A DNA stretch of 46,394 nucleotides from Berkelbacteria bacterium GW2011_GWA2_35_9. Lineage in GTDB: Bacteria > Patescibacteriota > UBA1384 > GWA2-35-9. Shown here piece by piece: positions 18,192 to 28,756 of this stretch. The stretch's first letter is position 1, and each line of letters opens with the position of its first letter. The notes under the pieces are model-generated. The model had not been told where the DNA came from and did no database searches. It saw nothing but the letters and a program-made list of their open reading frames with translations. The translations under genes and the position numbers were made by a program. The stretch spans positions 1-46,394 of the forward strand of contig LBRB01000002.1 in NCBI GenBank assembly GCA_000991185.1. The letters run 5' to 3'.

Positions 18192-20888
18192 ATGTTTAAT
18201 AATCTATTTTCAAAATTATTTGGTAGCAATGAAACTGAAATAAAAAAATTTCAACAGATTGTTGATGAAATTAACTCATACGAGGAAAAATTAAAAAAAT
18301 TATCTCTATCCGAGTTAAAAGAAAAAACAGTTGAGTTCAGGAACCAACTTTCAAAAGGCAAGTCTTTAGAGGATATTTTACCCGAAGCATTCGCTACGGT
18401 TAGAGAAGCTTCTCGAAGATCAATTGGGCAAAGACATTACGATGTACAGCTAATCGCTGGCATTGTTTTACATCGTGGCAATATTGCTGAAATGAGAACT
18501 GGAGAAGGAAAAACTTTGGCTGCTACTTTACCATTATATCTTAATTCGCTCTACAAAAGTTCCCACTTAATCACTGTAAACGATTTTTTAGCCAAATTTC
18601 AAGCTCAATGGATGGGAAAAATTTTTAATACACTCGGTGTCTCAACCTCCGCTTTAGCCCATGAAACTTCCTTTCTCTATACACCAAAAAAACAAGATGT
18701 CAATGATAAAACTTGGGAATATTTAATAAACTGCGATCGAAAAAAAGCCTATCAAGCCGATATTGTCTATGGAACAAATAATGAATTCGGTTTTGATTAT
18801 CTTCGAGATAATATGGTAGTTGATAGCCAACACGCTGTTCAAAATGAATTATATTTTGCAATTGTTGATGAGGTAGATTCGATATTGATCGATGAAGCCA
18901 GAACTCCATTAATTATTTCCGCTCCCGCCAGTCGCTCCGCATCACTTTATATGGATTTTGCTAATTTAGCTAAAAGGCTTGACTCAATAGATTATATCAT
19001 CGACGAAAAAGCCAGAAGTGTTGCCATCCAAGATAGCGGAATTGAAAAATTAGAAAAATGGTTAAGTGTTGATAATCTTTATGCACCAGAAAATACTCAA
19101 TTAGTTTATCATCTAGAAGAATCGTTAAAAGCGCAATATATTTTTAAAAAAGATAAAGATTATGTAGTTCGCAATGGCGAAATTATTATTGTTGATGAAT
19201 TTACTGGACGATTAATGCACGGGCGTCGCTATAGTGAAGGACTTCATCAAGCAATTGAAGCAAAAGAAAATGTCGAAGTTAAAAAAGAATCTGAAACTTT
19301 GGCAACAATTTCATTTCAAAACCTTTTTCGTCTTTATGAAAAATTATCTGGAATGACCGGAACTGCTGCTACTGAAGCAGAGGAATTTTATAAAATTTAC
19401 AAAATTGATGTTGTTGAAATTCCGACTCATCGACCAATGGTGCGCAGAGATCATAATGATAAAATCTTTAAAAATGAAGAAGCTAAATTGAATGCTATTG
19501 TCGAAGAAATATATCAAAGAAATAAAAAAGGGCAGCCGGTATTAATCGGCACTATTTCAATCGCAAAAAATGAAACTTTAGCTTCACGATTAAAAAAACG
19601 TGGGGTTAAACACAATCTGCTTAATGCCAAAAATCACGAAAATGAAGCCAAAACCATTGCTCAAGCTGGACGCTTAAATGCCGTTACGCTTGCAACTAAT
19701 ATAGCTGGTCGAGGAATTGACATAATTTTAGGTGGCACGCCACCTAAAAAAATTCAAAATTATCAGCCAAAGGCTGATCCGCCTCTGGCGGAAAAGTCCA
19801 AAGTTCAAAATAAAGAGAAAAAAGACGAAGAGTTGGGACTAAAAACTCTTGCAATTCTTGACCGAACAATTGATGAATGGGAAAAGGAACATAAACAGGT
19901 TGTCGAACTGGGTGGGTTATTCGTTTTGGGAACTGAAAGGCATGAATCACGAAGAATTGATAATCAGTTGAGAGGAAGATCTGGTCGTCAAGGCGATCCT
20001 GGAGAATCTGTCTTTTTTGTCTCGATGGAAGACGATTTAATGCGTATTTTTGGCGGAGATAGAATGAAATCAATGATGGATAGGCTAGGACTTCCCGACG
20101 ATCAACCAATTGAAAATAAGTTAATATCTCGGTCAATTGAACAAGCTCAAAAGAAAGTTGAATCACATAACTTTGATATCAGAAAACATATGTTGGAATA
20201 TGATGATGTTCTAAATCAACATCGACAAGCGATCTATAAAAAAAGAAAATTAATTCTTGAAGGTTGTGGGATGATTGATTCAAAAAGGGTCAGGGTGGTT
20301 GGGGAATTAAAGTCAATTTTAAATGACGATGAAATAAAAATCGTTAATGAAAAACTAAAAGAATATGGTCAAGAAGTTTATAATGAAGTTGTTAGACGAA
20401 TATATTTATCTGTTATCGATCGTCACTGGATTGAACATTTAAACTCTATGACTGAATTAAGAAATGGAATTGGTCTGCGTGGTTATGGTCAGAAAGACCC
20501 ACTCATTGAATACAAACAATCCGCCTATCATTTTTATCAAAACTTAATCAGATCAATAGAGAATCAAGTTGCGGAAATGGCACTTAAGGTTGAAATTAAT
20601 CCAATTCAATTGCAAAACATAAAAGGACCAATAGTTAATAATAAAAAACATAATATTATTGAATCAGGCGGAGAAGAAGAAGCTAGTGGTGGTACGATTG
20701 AAGAAATTAACGAGGAAATAAAACAACTTGAAACAAAGAATAATTTATCTGACACTATTATCACAGTTAGAAAGAAAAGTGATAATCACTCATTTAATAC
20801 ACCATTAACCGCTATTCCAAAGGTAGGTCGTAATGAATTATGCCCATGTGGAAGTGGAAAAAAATATAAAAAATGTCACGGTAAATAA
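18192..20888 (+). CDS. secA: Preprotein translocase subunit SecA
   Basis: [43 protein letters not shown] motif [13 protein letters not shown] (start TTG 18186 or ATG 18192). Confidence 0.98.
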   Translation: MFNNLFSKLFGSNETEIKKFQQIVDEINSYEEKLKKLSLSELKEKTVEFRNQLSKGKSLEDILPEAFATVREASRRSIGQRHYDVQLIAGIVLHRGNIAEMRTGEGKTLAATLPLYLNSLYKSSHLITVNDFLAKFQAQWMGKIFNTLGVSTSALAHETSFLYTPKKQDVNDKTWEYLINCDRKKAYQADIVYGTNNEFGFDYLRDNMVVDSQHAVQNELYFAIVDEVDSILIDEARTPLIISAPASRSASLYMDFANLAKRLDSIDYIIDEKARSVAIQDSGIEKLEKWLSVDNLYAPENTQLVYHLEESLKAQYIFKKDKDYVVRNGEIIIVDEFTGRLMHGRRYSEGLHQAIEAKENVEVKKESETLATISFQNLFRLYEKLSGMTGTAATEAEEFYKIYKIDVVEIPTHRPMVRRDHNDKIFKNEEAKLNAIVEEIYQRNKKGQPVLIGTISIAKNETLASRLKKRGVKHNLLNAKNHENEAKTIAQAGRLNAVTLATNIAGRGIDIILGGTPPKKIQNYQPKADPPLAEKSKVQNKEKKDEELGLKTLAILDRTIDEWEKEHKQVVELGGLFVLGTERHESRRIDNQLRGRSGRQGDPGESVFFVSMEDDLMRIFGGDRMKSMMDRLGLPDDQPIENKLISRSIEQAQKKVESHNFDIRKHMLEYDDVLNQHRQAIYKKRKLILEGCGMIDSKRVRVVGELKSILNDDEIKIVNEKLKEYGQEVYNEVVRRIYLSVIDRHWIEHLNSMTELRNGIGLRGYGQKDPLIEYKQSAYHFYQNLIRSIENQVAEMALKVEINPIQLQNIKGPIVNNKKHNIIESGGEEEASGGTIEEINEEIKQLETKNNLSDTIITVRKKSDNHSFNTPLTAIPKVGRNELCPCGSGKKYKKCHGK
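19762..19792. repeat. Tandem double-hairpin element inside the secA coding sequence
   Basis: ATCAGCC-AAA-GGCTGAT overlapping TCCGCC-TCT-GGCGGA; GC-rich; encodes [11 protein letters not shown]. Confidence 0.7.
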
Positions 20889-20949
20889 AAATAATTGGTA
20901 TTATGCTATATAGTAGAGTAGTGTTTTAATAAGATTAAATTAAATCGTT

Positions 20950-21231
20950 ATGGCAAAAATAAATAAAAAAATAAAAAATCAATTGTTGCAATCAATCAAA
21001 AATAATAAATTGATAGATGATAATTCAAATCTTAAAATATCCGATCAGGATTCATCTGATATTACTGGGAAAGATGATAGTTTTTTTCCAATCAATCAAA
21101 AGGATTTGCTAAAAGTTTTTATCAATACGATTTTAATCCTTGCAATTCTAGCTGGTTTTTATTATCTCCAAAATAGAACTAACTATTCAACTGAATACAC
21201 AGAAAAAATCCGAACCTATTTGCACTTTTAA
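20950..21231 (+). CDS. Small hypothetical single-TM protein
   Basis: 93-aa ORF with one hydrophobic helix. Confidence 0.65.
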   Translation: MAKINKKIKNQLLQSIKNNKLIDDNSNLKISDQDSSDITGKDDSFFPINQKDLLKVFINTILILAILAGFYYLQNRTNYSTEYTEKIRTYLHF

Positions 21232-21243
21232 ATCCTTAACCAT

Positions 21244-21270
21244 GCTCCGCAACCTTCAAGGTTGCGGAGC
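21244..21270. repeat. REP-like perfect palindrome between convergent genes
   Basis: GCTCCGCAACCTT-C-AAGGTTGCGGAGC, no U-tract. Confidence 0.65.
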
Positions 21271-21283
21271 GGTCAGGTTGGGT

Positions 21284-22804
21284 TTAAAGGTTTTCTTCCA
21301 TTTTGGGACGATATTGTAACGCTTCAGTCAAATGTTGACTATTGATTTGTTGACTATTTTCGAGGTCAGCAATAGTTCTTGCTATTTTTAAAATCTTGAA
21401 ATATCCACGAGCAGAAAGTCCTAATTGATCGATAGCATTTTTTAATATATTTTTTGACTGACCGTCCAGTAAACAATATTTTTTAATTGCTTGTGATGAT
21501 AAATCACTATTGATTTTGTCTTGTCTGTTTAGTTGTATTAATCTCGATTTTTCTACTCTATTTCTTATTGATTCTGAACTTTCAGCAACCGCTTCTTTAG
21601 TTAATTTTTCAAATGACAATCTTGGAACTTCAATGTGTATGTCAATTCTGTCCAGCAATGGACCGGATAATTTTTTACGATAGCGAATAATTTGAAACGG
21701 AGAACAGATACAATTTTTTTTACTATCATTTAAATATCCACATGGACAAGGGTTACATGCACCGATAAAAATAAAATTAGCCGGAAACACCAATGTTCCC
21801 TGCGCTCGAGAAACCGTAATTTTTTTATCTTCTAATGGTTGCCTTAATGCTTCTAAAACATCTCGACGATATTCCGGTAATTCATCAAAAAATAATACCC
21901 CTCGATGAGCTAAGGTTATCTCTCCCGGTTTTGGGTGAGTACCACCACCAACTATCGCAACTGACGAAGTTGTGTGGTGTGGATTGCGAACTGGTCGATT
22001 ATAAATAAGCGGTTTTGCTTTTGAAAGCAACCCTGAAACAGAATAAATTCGACTGACCTCTAAAATTTCTTTATCGGTAAGTTTGGGTAAAATAGTTGCA
22101 AACGCTTTAGCTAACATACTTTTCCCCGAACCGGGCGGTCCGGACATTAGTATATTATGCCCACCGGAAGCTGCGATCTCAAGGGCTCTTTTAACCTGCT
22201 CTTGACCCGAAACATAAGCGAAATCGCTTTCACTAATTACACTTTTTTCAACTGTTTTTTTATCATAAGTATATTTTTCAATTGATTTTACACCATTTAT
22301 GTGATCAACTAGATCTCTTAAATTACTGACCGGATAAATATTTAGGTTTTTTATTAAACTTGCCTCAGAAGCATTGTCGATCGGAATAAATATATTTTCA
22401 ATTTTATTTCTTCTCGCTTCAAGCATAATTGACAAAATTCCTCTTACTGGACGAGCTCGTCCGTCTAATGACAACTCACCTAAAAATAATGAATTTTCAA
22501 AATCAAAATTTTTTTCAAGCTGACGATCAGCCTTTAAAATACCAATTGCAATTGCAAGATCGAACGCTGGTCCTTCTTTTTTAACATCTGCCGGAGCAAG
22601 ATTAATTACAATTTTATTTCTAGGAAATTTTTGTTTTGAATTGACAATAGCGCTTTTCACTCTTTCTCGTGATTCCTCCACCGCTTTATCTCCCAAACCA
22701 ACGATTACTAATCCAGGTAAACCTTTTTTGACGTCTACTTCCGATTCAACCAAAATTGCATTCAATCCGACTACGGTTGCAGAATTTATTTTTGAAAAAG
22801 CCAT
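21284..22804 (-). CDS. comM: ComM/YifB Mg-chelatase-like AAA+ ATPase
   Basis: VEESRERV, INLAPAD, GELSLDG, GPPGSGKSM, PHHT, GEITLAHRGVLFFDE, NPCPCG, LSAR. Confidence 0.93.
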   Translation of the reverse strand: MAFSKINSATVVGLNAILVESEVDVKKGLPGLVIVGLGDKAVEESRERVKSAIVNSKQKFPRNKIVINLAPADVKKEGPAFDLAIAIGILKADRQLEKNFDFENSLFLGELSLDGRARPVRGILSIMLEARRNKIENIFIPIDNASEASLIKNLNIYPVSNLRDLVDHINGVKSIEKYTYDKKTVEKSVISESDFAYVSGQEQVKRALEIAASGGHNILMSGPPGSGKSMLAKAFATILPKLTDKEILEVSRIYSVSGLLSKAKPLIYNRPVRNPHHTTSSVAIVGGGTHPKPGEITLAHRGVLFFDELPEYRRDVLEALRQPLEDKKITVSRAQGTLVFPANFIFIGACNPCPCGYLNDSKKNCICSPFQIIRYRKKLSGPLLDRIDIHIEVPRLSFEKLTKEAVAESSESIRNRVEKSRLIQLNRQDKINSDLSSQAIKKYCLLDGQSKNILKNAIDQLGLSARGYFKILKIARTIADLENSQQINSQHLTEALQYRPKMEENL

Positions 22805-22811
22805 AGGTCTA

Positions 22812-23273
22812 TTATAGTTTGATAATTGGGAAAATCAATAAAACATTTAATAATTCTAAAATAATTACTGTTAATGGCACTCCAATAGCCCAAGGCGTTT
22901 TTATTGCATGTGCAACACTTCGTTTTTTTATTACCATTTGATAATAGATCGAAATTGGAAGACTAAATAATAGCATAAAAACAAGCCACCAAACTATTAA
23001 GGCTGACAATTTAATGCTTTTCTCGACTGTTTGCGTATCGGCAAAACTGGATAAACCTCCCATCTGAACGCTTAATAAAAATATTGAAGATAGGACAACA
23101 ACAAAGACAAAAGATGTATATTTGTGCAAACTTCCAATTTTATATTGAGTTTTTTGATTTTTTTCAGGTTGTGGTCGAGACCAAGATGAATGACATATAA
23201 AACATTGATAATTTTGTTGACTAGTATCAACTGGATGCATAATTTCGCCATCTTTAGGGCAAATCACTTTCAT
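22812..23273 (-). CDS. Hypothetical membrane protein with N-terminal zinc ribbon
   Basis: CPKD...CFIC..W, then about three TM helices. Confidence 0.65.
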   Translation of the reverse strand: MKVICPKDGEIMHPVDTSQQNYQCFICHSSWSRPQPEKNQKTQYKIGSLHKYTSFVFVVVLSSIFLLSVQMGGLSSFADTQTVEKSIKLSALIVWWLVFMLLFSLPISIYYQMVIKKRSVAHAIKTPWAIGVPLTVIILELLNVLLIFPIIKL

Positions 23274-23281
23274 ATAGTCTA

Positions 23282-24163
23282 TTATAGCACAAAGTCTTGC
23301 ACATAGGTTAAAGCTTCTTCCTTATTTTGAACCCAAACTATGTCTTTATTTGACCTTAACCAAGTCAATTGTCGACGAGCAAATGAATGTATTTTAAACT
23401 TTAAAATTTGGATCATTTCATCTTTAGAATATTTCGCTTCTAAATATTCAGTAATAATTTGATATTCGAGTCCAAGATTTTTTAGCCAATTTTTTGAAAC
23501 CCCTTGATCGATTAAGTCCCTGACTTCCTTAATCATACCTTCATCAATTCTCCCCTCAACTCTTTTATCGATACTAGAAAAAAGTTTTTCTCTATCAATT
23601 TCAATTCCTAAAATTAATGTTGGATAACGATAATCTCTTGACATAACCTGTTCTTTTTTCAGAGTTTTTTTACCCGACAAAATATTAATTTCTAAAGCTC
23701 TAATTAGTCTTCGCTTATTATGAATATCAATATTATTTGCTCTATCTTCATCGCACGATTTAAGTAAATTATATAGTTTCACAATACTCATTTTATTTAA
23801 TTTTTCATGCAATTTTTTATCTGTTTTTAGGGCAGGAAATTCTCTTTTATAAATTATTGCATCCATATAGTAATTACTTCCACCAACCAAAAGTGGGATT
23901 TTATGGTTTTGTATTATTTTTTCAATTGTTTTTAAAACTATAGATTGAAACTCAACGACAGAAATACTTTCGCCTGGGTTTTTAATATCTAATAAATGTT
24001 GAAGAAATGTTTTATCCTTACCCGTACCGATGTCTAGTTTTTTAAAAACCTGACGACTATCAATTGAAATCGCTTCAGTGTTTGGCAACGCATTTATTAT
24101 ATATTTCGCAACGCTAGATTTTCCGCTCGCTGTCGTACCAACAATAGCAATTAATTTTTTCAT
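23282..24163 (-). CDS. miaA: tRNA dimethylallyltransferase
   Basis: GTTASGKS, SIDSRQV, DIGTGK, LVGGS, FARRQLTW. Confidence 0.95.
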   Translation of the reverse strand: MKKLIAIVGTTASGKSSVAKYIINALPNTEAISIDSRQVFKKLDIGTGKDKTFLQHLLDIKNPGESISVVEFQSIVLKTIEKIIQNHKIPLLVGGSNYYMDAIIYKREFPALKTDKKLHEKLNKMSIVKLYNLLKSCDEDRANNIDIHNKRRLIRALEINILSGKKTLKKEQVMSRDYRYPTLILGIEIDREKLFSSIDKRVEGRIDEGMIKEVRDLIDQGVSKNWLKNLGLEYQIITEYLEAKYSKDEMIQILKFKIHSFARRQLTWLRSNKDIVWVQNKEEALTYVQDFVL

Positions 24164-24297
24164 TGCTTTTTTTTACTGGCAATGATTTTTGCAATTCCTT
24201 TTACTGACCGACCGGAAACACGATGAATTTTTTGAGCACTTTTTATTCGTAATTTTTCTTCTAATTTTTCGAAATGCTTTCGATCAATTTTCGTCAT
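24160..24297 (-). CDS. Small basic 45-aa protein (not in ORF track)
   Basis: MTKIDRKHFEKLEEKLRIKSAQKIHRVSGRSVKGIAKIIASKKKQ; ATGA overlaps with both neighbours. Confidence 0.75.
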   Translation of the reverse strand: MTKIDRKHFEKLEEKLRIKSAQKIHRVSGRSVKGIAKIIASKKKQ

Positions 24298-24746
24298 TTT
24301 ATTATTGCTATTTTGTCACCAACTTTTATTTTATTTATTTCAATTTGATTATTATTTAGCTCAATAACTTGAGATACTTTTTGTGGACTAGAAACTGAAA
24401 CTATCTCATTGCTCGATTGCTGAGGAAGATGATCTATCCCAACGACAGTACTGCCATCAACCCATAAAATTGCTAAATCAATCAAAGTGTTTTTATTCCA
24501 AAAACTAATATTATTCGATTCGTCAAATTTGAAAATCATTCCTTGATCATCTTTTAATTTCTTAACATTCTGTAATCCTTGAGATCTTTCTTCGTCGCTA
24601 TCCGCAACCCACATAGTATATGATTGTTGGTTAATAATAATATTTGTTTTTTCCAAATCAATTTCATTTTTAAATAAAAAATAATAACCGATTTGAACAA
24701 TCAGCACAAACGCAATCAACCAAACAACTATTTTTTTTAAATCCAT
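24294..24746 (-). CDS. DUF192 family protein
   Basis: True start MDLKK at 24746, after the tRNA; VADSDEERSQGL, GMIFKF, FWNKNTLIDL, VIELN. Confidence 0.85.
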   Translation of the reverse strand: MDLKKIVVWLIAFVLIVQIGYYFLFKNEIDLEKTNIIINQQSYTMWVADSDEERSQGLQNVKKLKDDQGMIFKFDESNNISFWNKNTLIDLAILWVDGSTVVGIDHLPQQSSNEIVSVSSPQKVSQVIELNNNQIEINKIKVGDKIAIIK

Positions 24747-24750
24747 AAAT

Positions 24751-24838
24751 TGGTACCCGGGGCGAGATTCGAACTCGCACGAGGTTTTAACCTCACAAGA
24801 TTTTAAGTCTTGAGTGTCTACCATTCCACCACCCGGGC
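24751..24838 (-). tRNA. tRNA-Leu(TAA)
   Basis: Acceptor GCCCGGG/CCCGGGT, arm CAAGA-CTTAAAA-TCTTG, long variable arm, CCA. Confidence 0.95.
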
Positions 24839-24900
24839 GACGATACTCTTATTTTACAAAATAATTAACATTTTATCAATAATCTGATAAAATCTAACTT

Positions 24901-25734
24901 ATGAACCAACCTGTTTTAAATGAAAACGATTTAAAAAAACTATTCAAAACTCCTAAAAAGAAAAGTCAGTATTTTGAAATCTATAAATTCTTAATAGCTT
25001 TAGCAAAGTTTTTTCTCCTTTTTATATTCTTTTTTTTCATCGTCAATTCCCCAGCTTACATAAAACAAATAGATTATTTCTTAAAAACCAATCTATTAAA
25101 AAATGGTTACAAAAACAGACTCGTCAACTTAACTGATTTAGCAAAAAATACTCCAAGCGATAAACAGATCGAAGTAATAAAAAAAGCCCAAGAATTAGAA
25201 AAAGCTAAAAAAGAGTTTGAGCTTAAATTAGTTAGTTTGATTGGCGAAAACCAATTGATCGCCCCAAAAATTGCACTCAAAGCTCCAATAATTTGGCAAA
25301 GTGACACCACAAATATTTTAAAAGATCTTAAAAGTGGAGTCGCTCATTATAAAGGCTCTGGTCTACCTGGTCAAAATAACAGTAATATTTTTATTACAGG
25401 TCATTCATCCAACTTTATCTGGGATGACGGTAAATTCAAACAAGTTTTTGCTTTAATTGATCGATTAGAAAACAATGATAGAATTTATCTTGTCTATGAA
25501 AGTAAACCTTATATTTTTGATGTTGAAGCTAAAAAAGTTGTCTCTCCAAAAGAAGTTGAGGTTTTAAATCCACAAGATCATTCATTAATTTCTCTAATGA
25601 CTTGTTATCCAGTTGGAACAACGCTCAATCGTATGATTGTTCAAGCTCGACAAATTTACCCAACTGAAAACCCAACGATTAATTTTGAAATTCCCAACGA
25701 TCTATTATCTAATCAGTTACCAGCTATTCGATAA
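24901..25734 (+). CDS. Sortase family protein
   Basis: TM anchor, GVAHY.G..LPG, NIFITGHSS, LMTCYP..R (His/Cys/Arg triad). Confidence 0.9.
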   Translation: MNQPVLNENDLKKLFKTPKKKSQYFEIYKFLIALAKFFLLFIFFFFIVNSPAYIKQIDYFLKTNLLKNGYKNRLVNLTDLAKNTPSDKQIEVIKKAQELEKAKKEFELKLVSLIGENQLIAPKIALKAPIIWQSDTTNILKDLKSGVAHYKGSGLPGQNNSNIFITGHSSNFIWDDGKFKQVFALIDRLENNDRIYLVYESKPYIFDVEAKKVVSPKEVEVLNPQDHSLISLMTCYPVGTTLNRMIVQARQIYPTENPTINFEIPNDLLSNQLPAIR

Positions 25735-25738
25735 ATTA

Positions 25739-26431
25739 CTACCTGATTTTTAGAACTATTATTTCTTCCCCACTCTTAACTGCTATTTCTGACTCGTTTA
25801 GAACGATGAAATTGAACTCATTTTTACTTGAATAAATTTCTTTTTGGTCAGATTCATCTTTAGAAAAAACCACAATTTTATCGTCAATGTGAGCAATCAA
25901 GTATTTATTTTTTATCAACCAGTCAACTCGATTAATATTTTTCGTAAAACGAGTTAAGATTATATTCTCATCATTTGATATTAAATATAACTCATTTTTT
26001 TCAATTAATAAATTTTTTGGTTGTTCATATTTGTCAAATTTTTCTTTTTCAATAACTTTTTTTTCAACAATAGGGTTTTTGTAAAATAAATATATATCTT
26101 CTAGATTGATTGCTTGTCCTGCATCGAGCTTAAAACCTTCTTCCCAATCTTGATAATCTGTATAAGAAATTTTAATATCATACCAATTGGGTGGCAATTT
26201 TGTTAATCGAGATGGGGTTAATTTTTTATATAATTTTCCAGAAAGATATATTTTAGCATCTTTGGGATTTGTTGATATTGATATCAAGCCTGTCTTTTCA
26301 AAAGTTAATTCACGCCAATTTACAATATAGCCACTGGCATCGACAACAATCAAAAAACTAGCGCCAATAAAAATTACCGCAATTATGAACCAAAAAACAC
26401 TTAAAACTAAATGCAGTTTTTTACCTATCAT
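25739..26431 (-). CDS. PEGA domain membrane protein
   Basis: TM, ASGY, TGLISISTNPKDAKIYLSG..TP..L.P..YDIKIS..DYQDW. Confidence 0.8.
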   Translation of the reverse strand: MIGKKLHLVLSVFWFIIAVIFIGASFLIVVDASGYIVNWRELTFEKTGLISISTNPKDAKIYLSGKLYKKLTPSRLTKLPPNWYDIKISYTDYQDWEEGFKLDAGQAINLEDIYLFYKNPIVEKKVIEKEKFDKYEQPKNLLIEKNELYLISNDENIILTRFTKNINRVDWLIKNKYLIAHIDDKIVVFSKDESDQKEIYSSKNEFNFIVLNESEIAVKSGEEIIVLKIR

Positions 26432-26501
26432 AATTAGTCTCTATGTTATATGATAATATAAAATCATAAAATAATGAAGTCTATATAAACAAGGAGTCAA
26501 T

Positions 26502-27749
26502 ATGTCAAAATTTATTATCAATGGTCCATCAACGCTTAAGGGTGATTTTGTTCCATCTGGTGCAAAAAATGCAGCACTAAAAATGATCGCTGCTAGTTTA
26601 TTGACGAAAGATAAAGTTATTTTAGAAAATTGTCCGGACATCACTGATGTTCACTCGCTGATTAGTTTAATGGAAAGTTTGGGAGCAAAAACAAATTTTC
26701 AAAATAATATTTTAGAAATTGACCCATCGGGAGTAAATAAATTTCGTCCAGATGATGATGTTGCTAAAAAAATCAGAGCCTCGATAGTTTTGGTTGGTCC
26801 ACTTTTAGCTCGTTTTAATAAAGCTCAAATTGCCCATCCCGGTGGTTGTCTAATTGGCAATCGTCCACTCGATGCTCATATGGATGTATTTCGTCAATAT
26901 GGAATAAAAATAAACTATAAAGATAAATATTACAGCTTTTCAACCCCTATATTGACTGGGGCTAAAACCTTTCCTTGTTTATCTGTCACTGCAACCGAAA
27001 ACGCTATTATGACTGCAGTTCTTGCCAAAGGCGAAAGTACGATTTATGCAGCGGCTGCTGAACCTGAAATAAAAGATTTAATTTTAATATTGCGATCAAT
27101 GGGTGCAAGAATCAGAGGTGCTGGTACACATAATATTTCGATCGAAGGGGTTAAAAAATTATCCGGTACTCGTTTTCGAATTATGCCAGATAGAATTGAA
27201 ATCGGAACCATTATCTGTGCCTCATTAGCAACCGGAAGCGAAATTACTATCCATGATTTCCGTGAAAAAGATATGGGTAATTTTATTTACAAATTAGAAT
27301 CTTTAGGGGCGAAATTCAAAATCGAAAACTCAAAACTGACTGTTTTGAAATCAAAATTAAATTCAGGACGAATTGATACTCGAACTTATCCTGGATTTTC
27401 TACGGATTTACAATCCCCAACAGCCGTATTATTAACCCAAGCAGGTGGTGTAAGTCGTATTTTTGAAACACTTTTTGAAAATCGTTTTAACTTTATCGCG
27501 GAGCTTAATCGCATGGGAGCAAAAATTAAACAAATCAATGATTATGTTATTGAAATTGACGGACCAACAAAATTAAAAGGAGCAAACATTGAAAGTAGTG
27601 ACTTAAGAGCAGGGGCAGCATTAGTCATTGCAGGCTTGATTGCTGAAGGAAAAACTGTTATTAATAATATTGATATATTCGAAAGGGGTTATGAAAAATG
27701 GGAAAATAAACTTTCCAAACTAGGAGTTAATATTATAAAAGAAAAATAA
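26502..27749 (+). CDS. murA: UDP-N-acetylglucosamine 1-carboxyvinyltransferase
   Basis: GAKNAAL, PGGCLIGNRP (catalytic Cys), SVTATEN, PDRIE, YPGFSTDLQ, DLRAGA. Confidence 0.97.
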   Translation: MSKFIINGPSTLKGDFVPSGAKNAALKMIAASLLTKDKVILENCPDITDVHSLISLMESLGAKTNFQNNILEIDPSGVNKFRPDDDVAKKIRASIVLVGPLLARFNKAQIAHPGGCLIGNRPLDAHMDVFRQYGIKINYKDKYYSFSTPILTGAKTFPCLSVTATENAIMTAVLAKGESTIYAAAAEPEIKDLILILRSMGARIRGAGTHNISIEGVKKLSGTRFRIMPDRIEIGTIICASLATGSEITIHDFREKDMGNFIYKLESLGAKFKIENSKLTVLKSKLNSGRIDTRTYPGFSTDLQSPTAVLLTQAGGVSRIFETLFENRFNFIAELNRMGAKIKQINDYVIEIDGPTKLKGANIESSDLRAGAALVIAGLIAEGKTVINNIDIFERGYEKWENKLSKLGVNIIKEK

Positions 27750-28756
27750 TGTTAAATAATAAAATTGGTATAGACTTAGGCACGACAAATATATTAGTCT
27801 ATTTGCCAAACAAAGGTATTGTTGTTCAAGAACCATCCGTAGTGGCGGTTGAGTCAAACGGTAGAAAAATAATGGCAATTGGTAAAGAAGCCCATAATAT
27901 GCTCGGTAGAACACCCGATTCAGTTACAGCTGTCCGTCCGCTATTAAACGGAGCAATTGCAAATTTCCGAGTCACAGAAGCAATGTTAAAATACTATATT
28001 AATCAAGTTGTTGGGAGAATTCGTTTTACAAAACCAGAGGTTATGATTTCTGTTCCAGCGGGAATTACATCAACCGAAAAAAGAGCCGTTATTGACGCTA
28101 CTATTAATGCCGGTGCAAGAAATGCTTATTTAATTAAAGAGCCAATTGCAGCTGCTTTAGGTGCTGATATTAAAATTTCAACTCCAAGCGGGCATATGAT
28201 TATTGATATCGGTGGTGGAACTACTGAGGTAGCAGTTATCTCACTTTCTGATATTGTGACATCTTCTTCGGCTCGAATTGCTGGTAATCAAATAGACCAA
28301 TCGATCGTTTCCTATATCCGTAAAAAAAATAAATTAATCATTGGAAAACAAACAGCTGAAGAAATTAAAATAAGAATTGGTTCTTGTCTCCCGTTAGAAA
28401 AAGAGCTCTCGATGGAAGTATCCGGCTCAAATAGTATTACAGGTCTACCCGAAAGCCAAATCTTAAAAACAAATGATATTATTGATCCAATAAAAAGTGT
28501 ATTAAATGATATTATTTCAACCATCAAAAATGTCCTTCAAAAAACACCGCCTGAATTGGCAAGTGATATAATGGATAAAGGAATAGTTATTACTGGAGGA
28601 TCAGCTCATCTCAGAGAAATTGAAAAACTTTTGACAAAAATCATTGGTGTCCCCTGCCAAATTGCTGACAATCCAGAAACGTGTGTCGTCAAGGGTACAG
28701 GGATTGCGATCGGACACTTAAGTGAATATAAAAGATCATTGTTGTGGGGTAAATAA
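27749..28756 (+). CDS. mreB: Rod shape-determining protein MreB/Mbl
   Basis: IGIDLGTTN, EPSVVA, IDIGGGTTE, TAEEIK, TPPEL, ITGGSA. Confidence 0.95.
   Translation: MLNNKIGIDLGTTNILVYLPNKGIVVQEPSVVAVESNGRKIMAIGKEAHNMLGRTPDSVTAVRPLLNGAIANFRVTEAMLKYYINQVVGRIRFTKPEVMISVPAGITSTEKRAVIDATINAGARNAYLIKEPIAAALGADIKISTPSGHMIIDIGGGTTEVAVISLSDIVTSSSARIAGNQIDQSIVSYIRKKNKLIIGKQTAEEIKIRIGSCLPLEKELSMEVSGSNSITGLPESQILKTNDIIDPIKSVLNDIISTIKNVLQKTPPELASDIMDKGIVITGGSAHLREIEKLLTKIIGVPCQIADNPETCVVKGTGIAIGHLSEYKRSLLWGK

Noticed and set aside
24747..24824. N-terminal extension of the DUF192 ORF
   Set aside because: It is tRNA-Leu(TAA) sequence.
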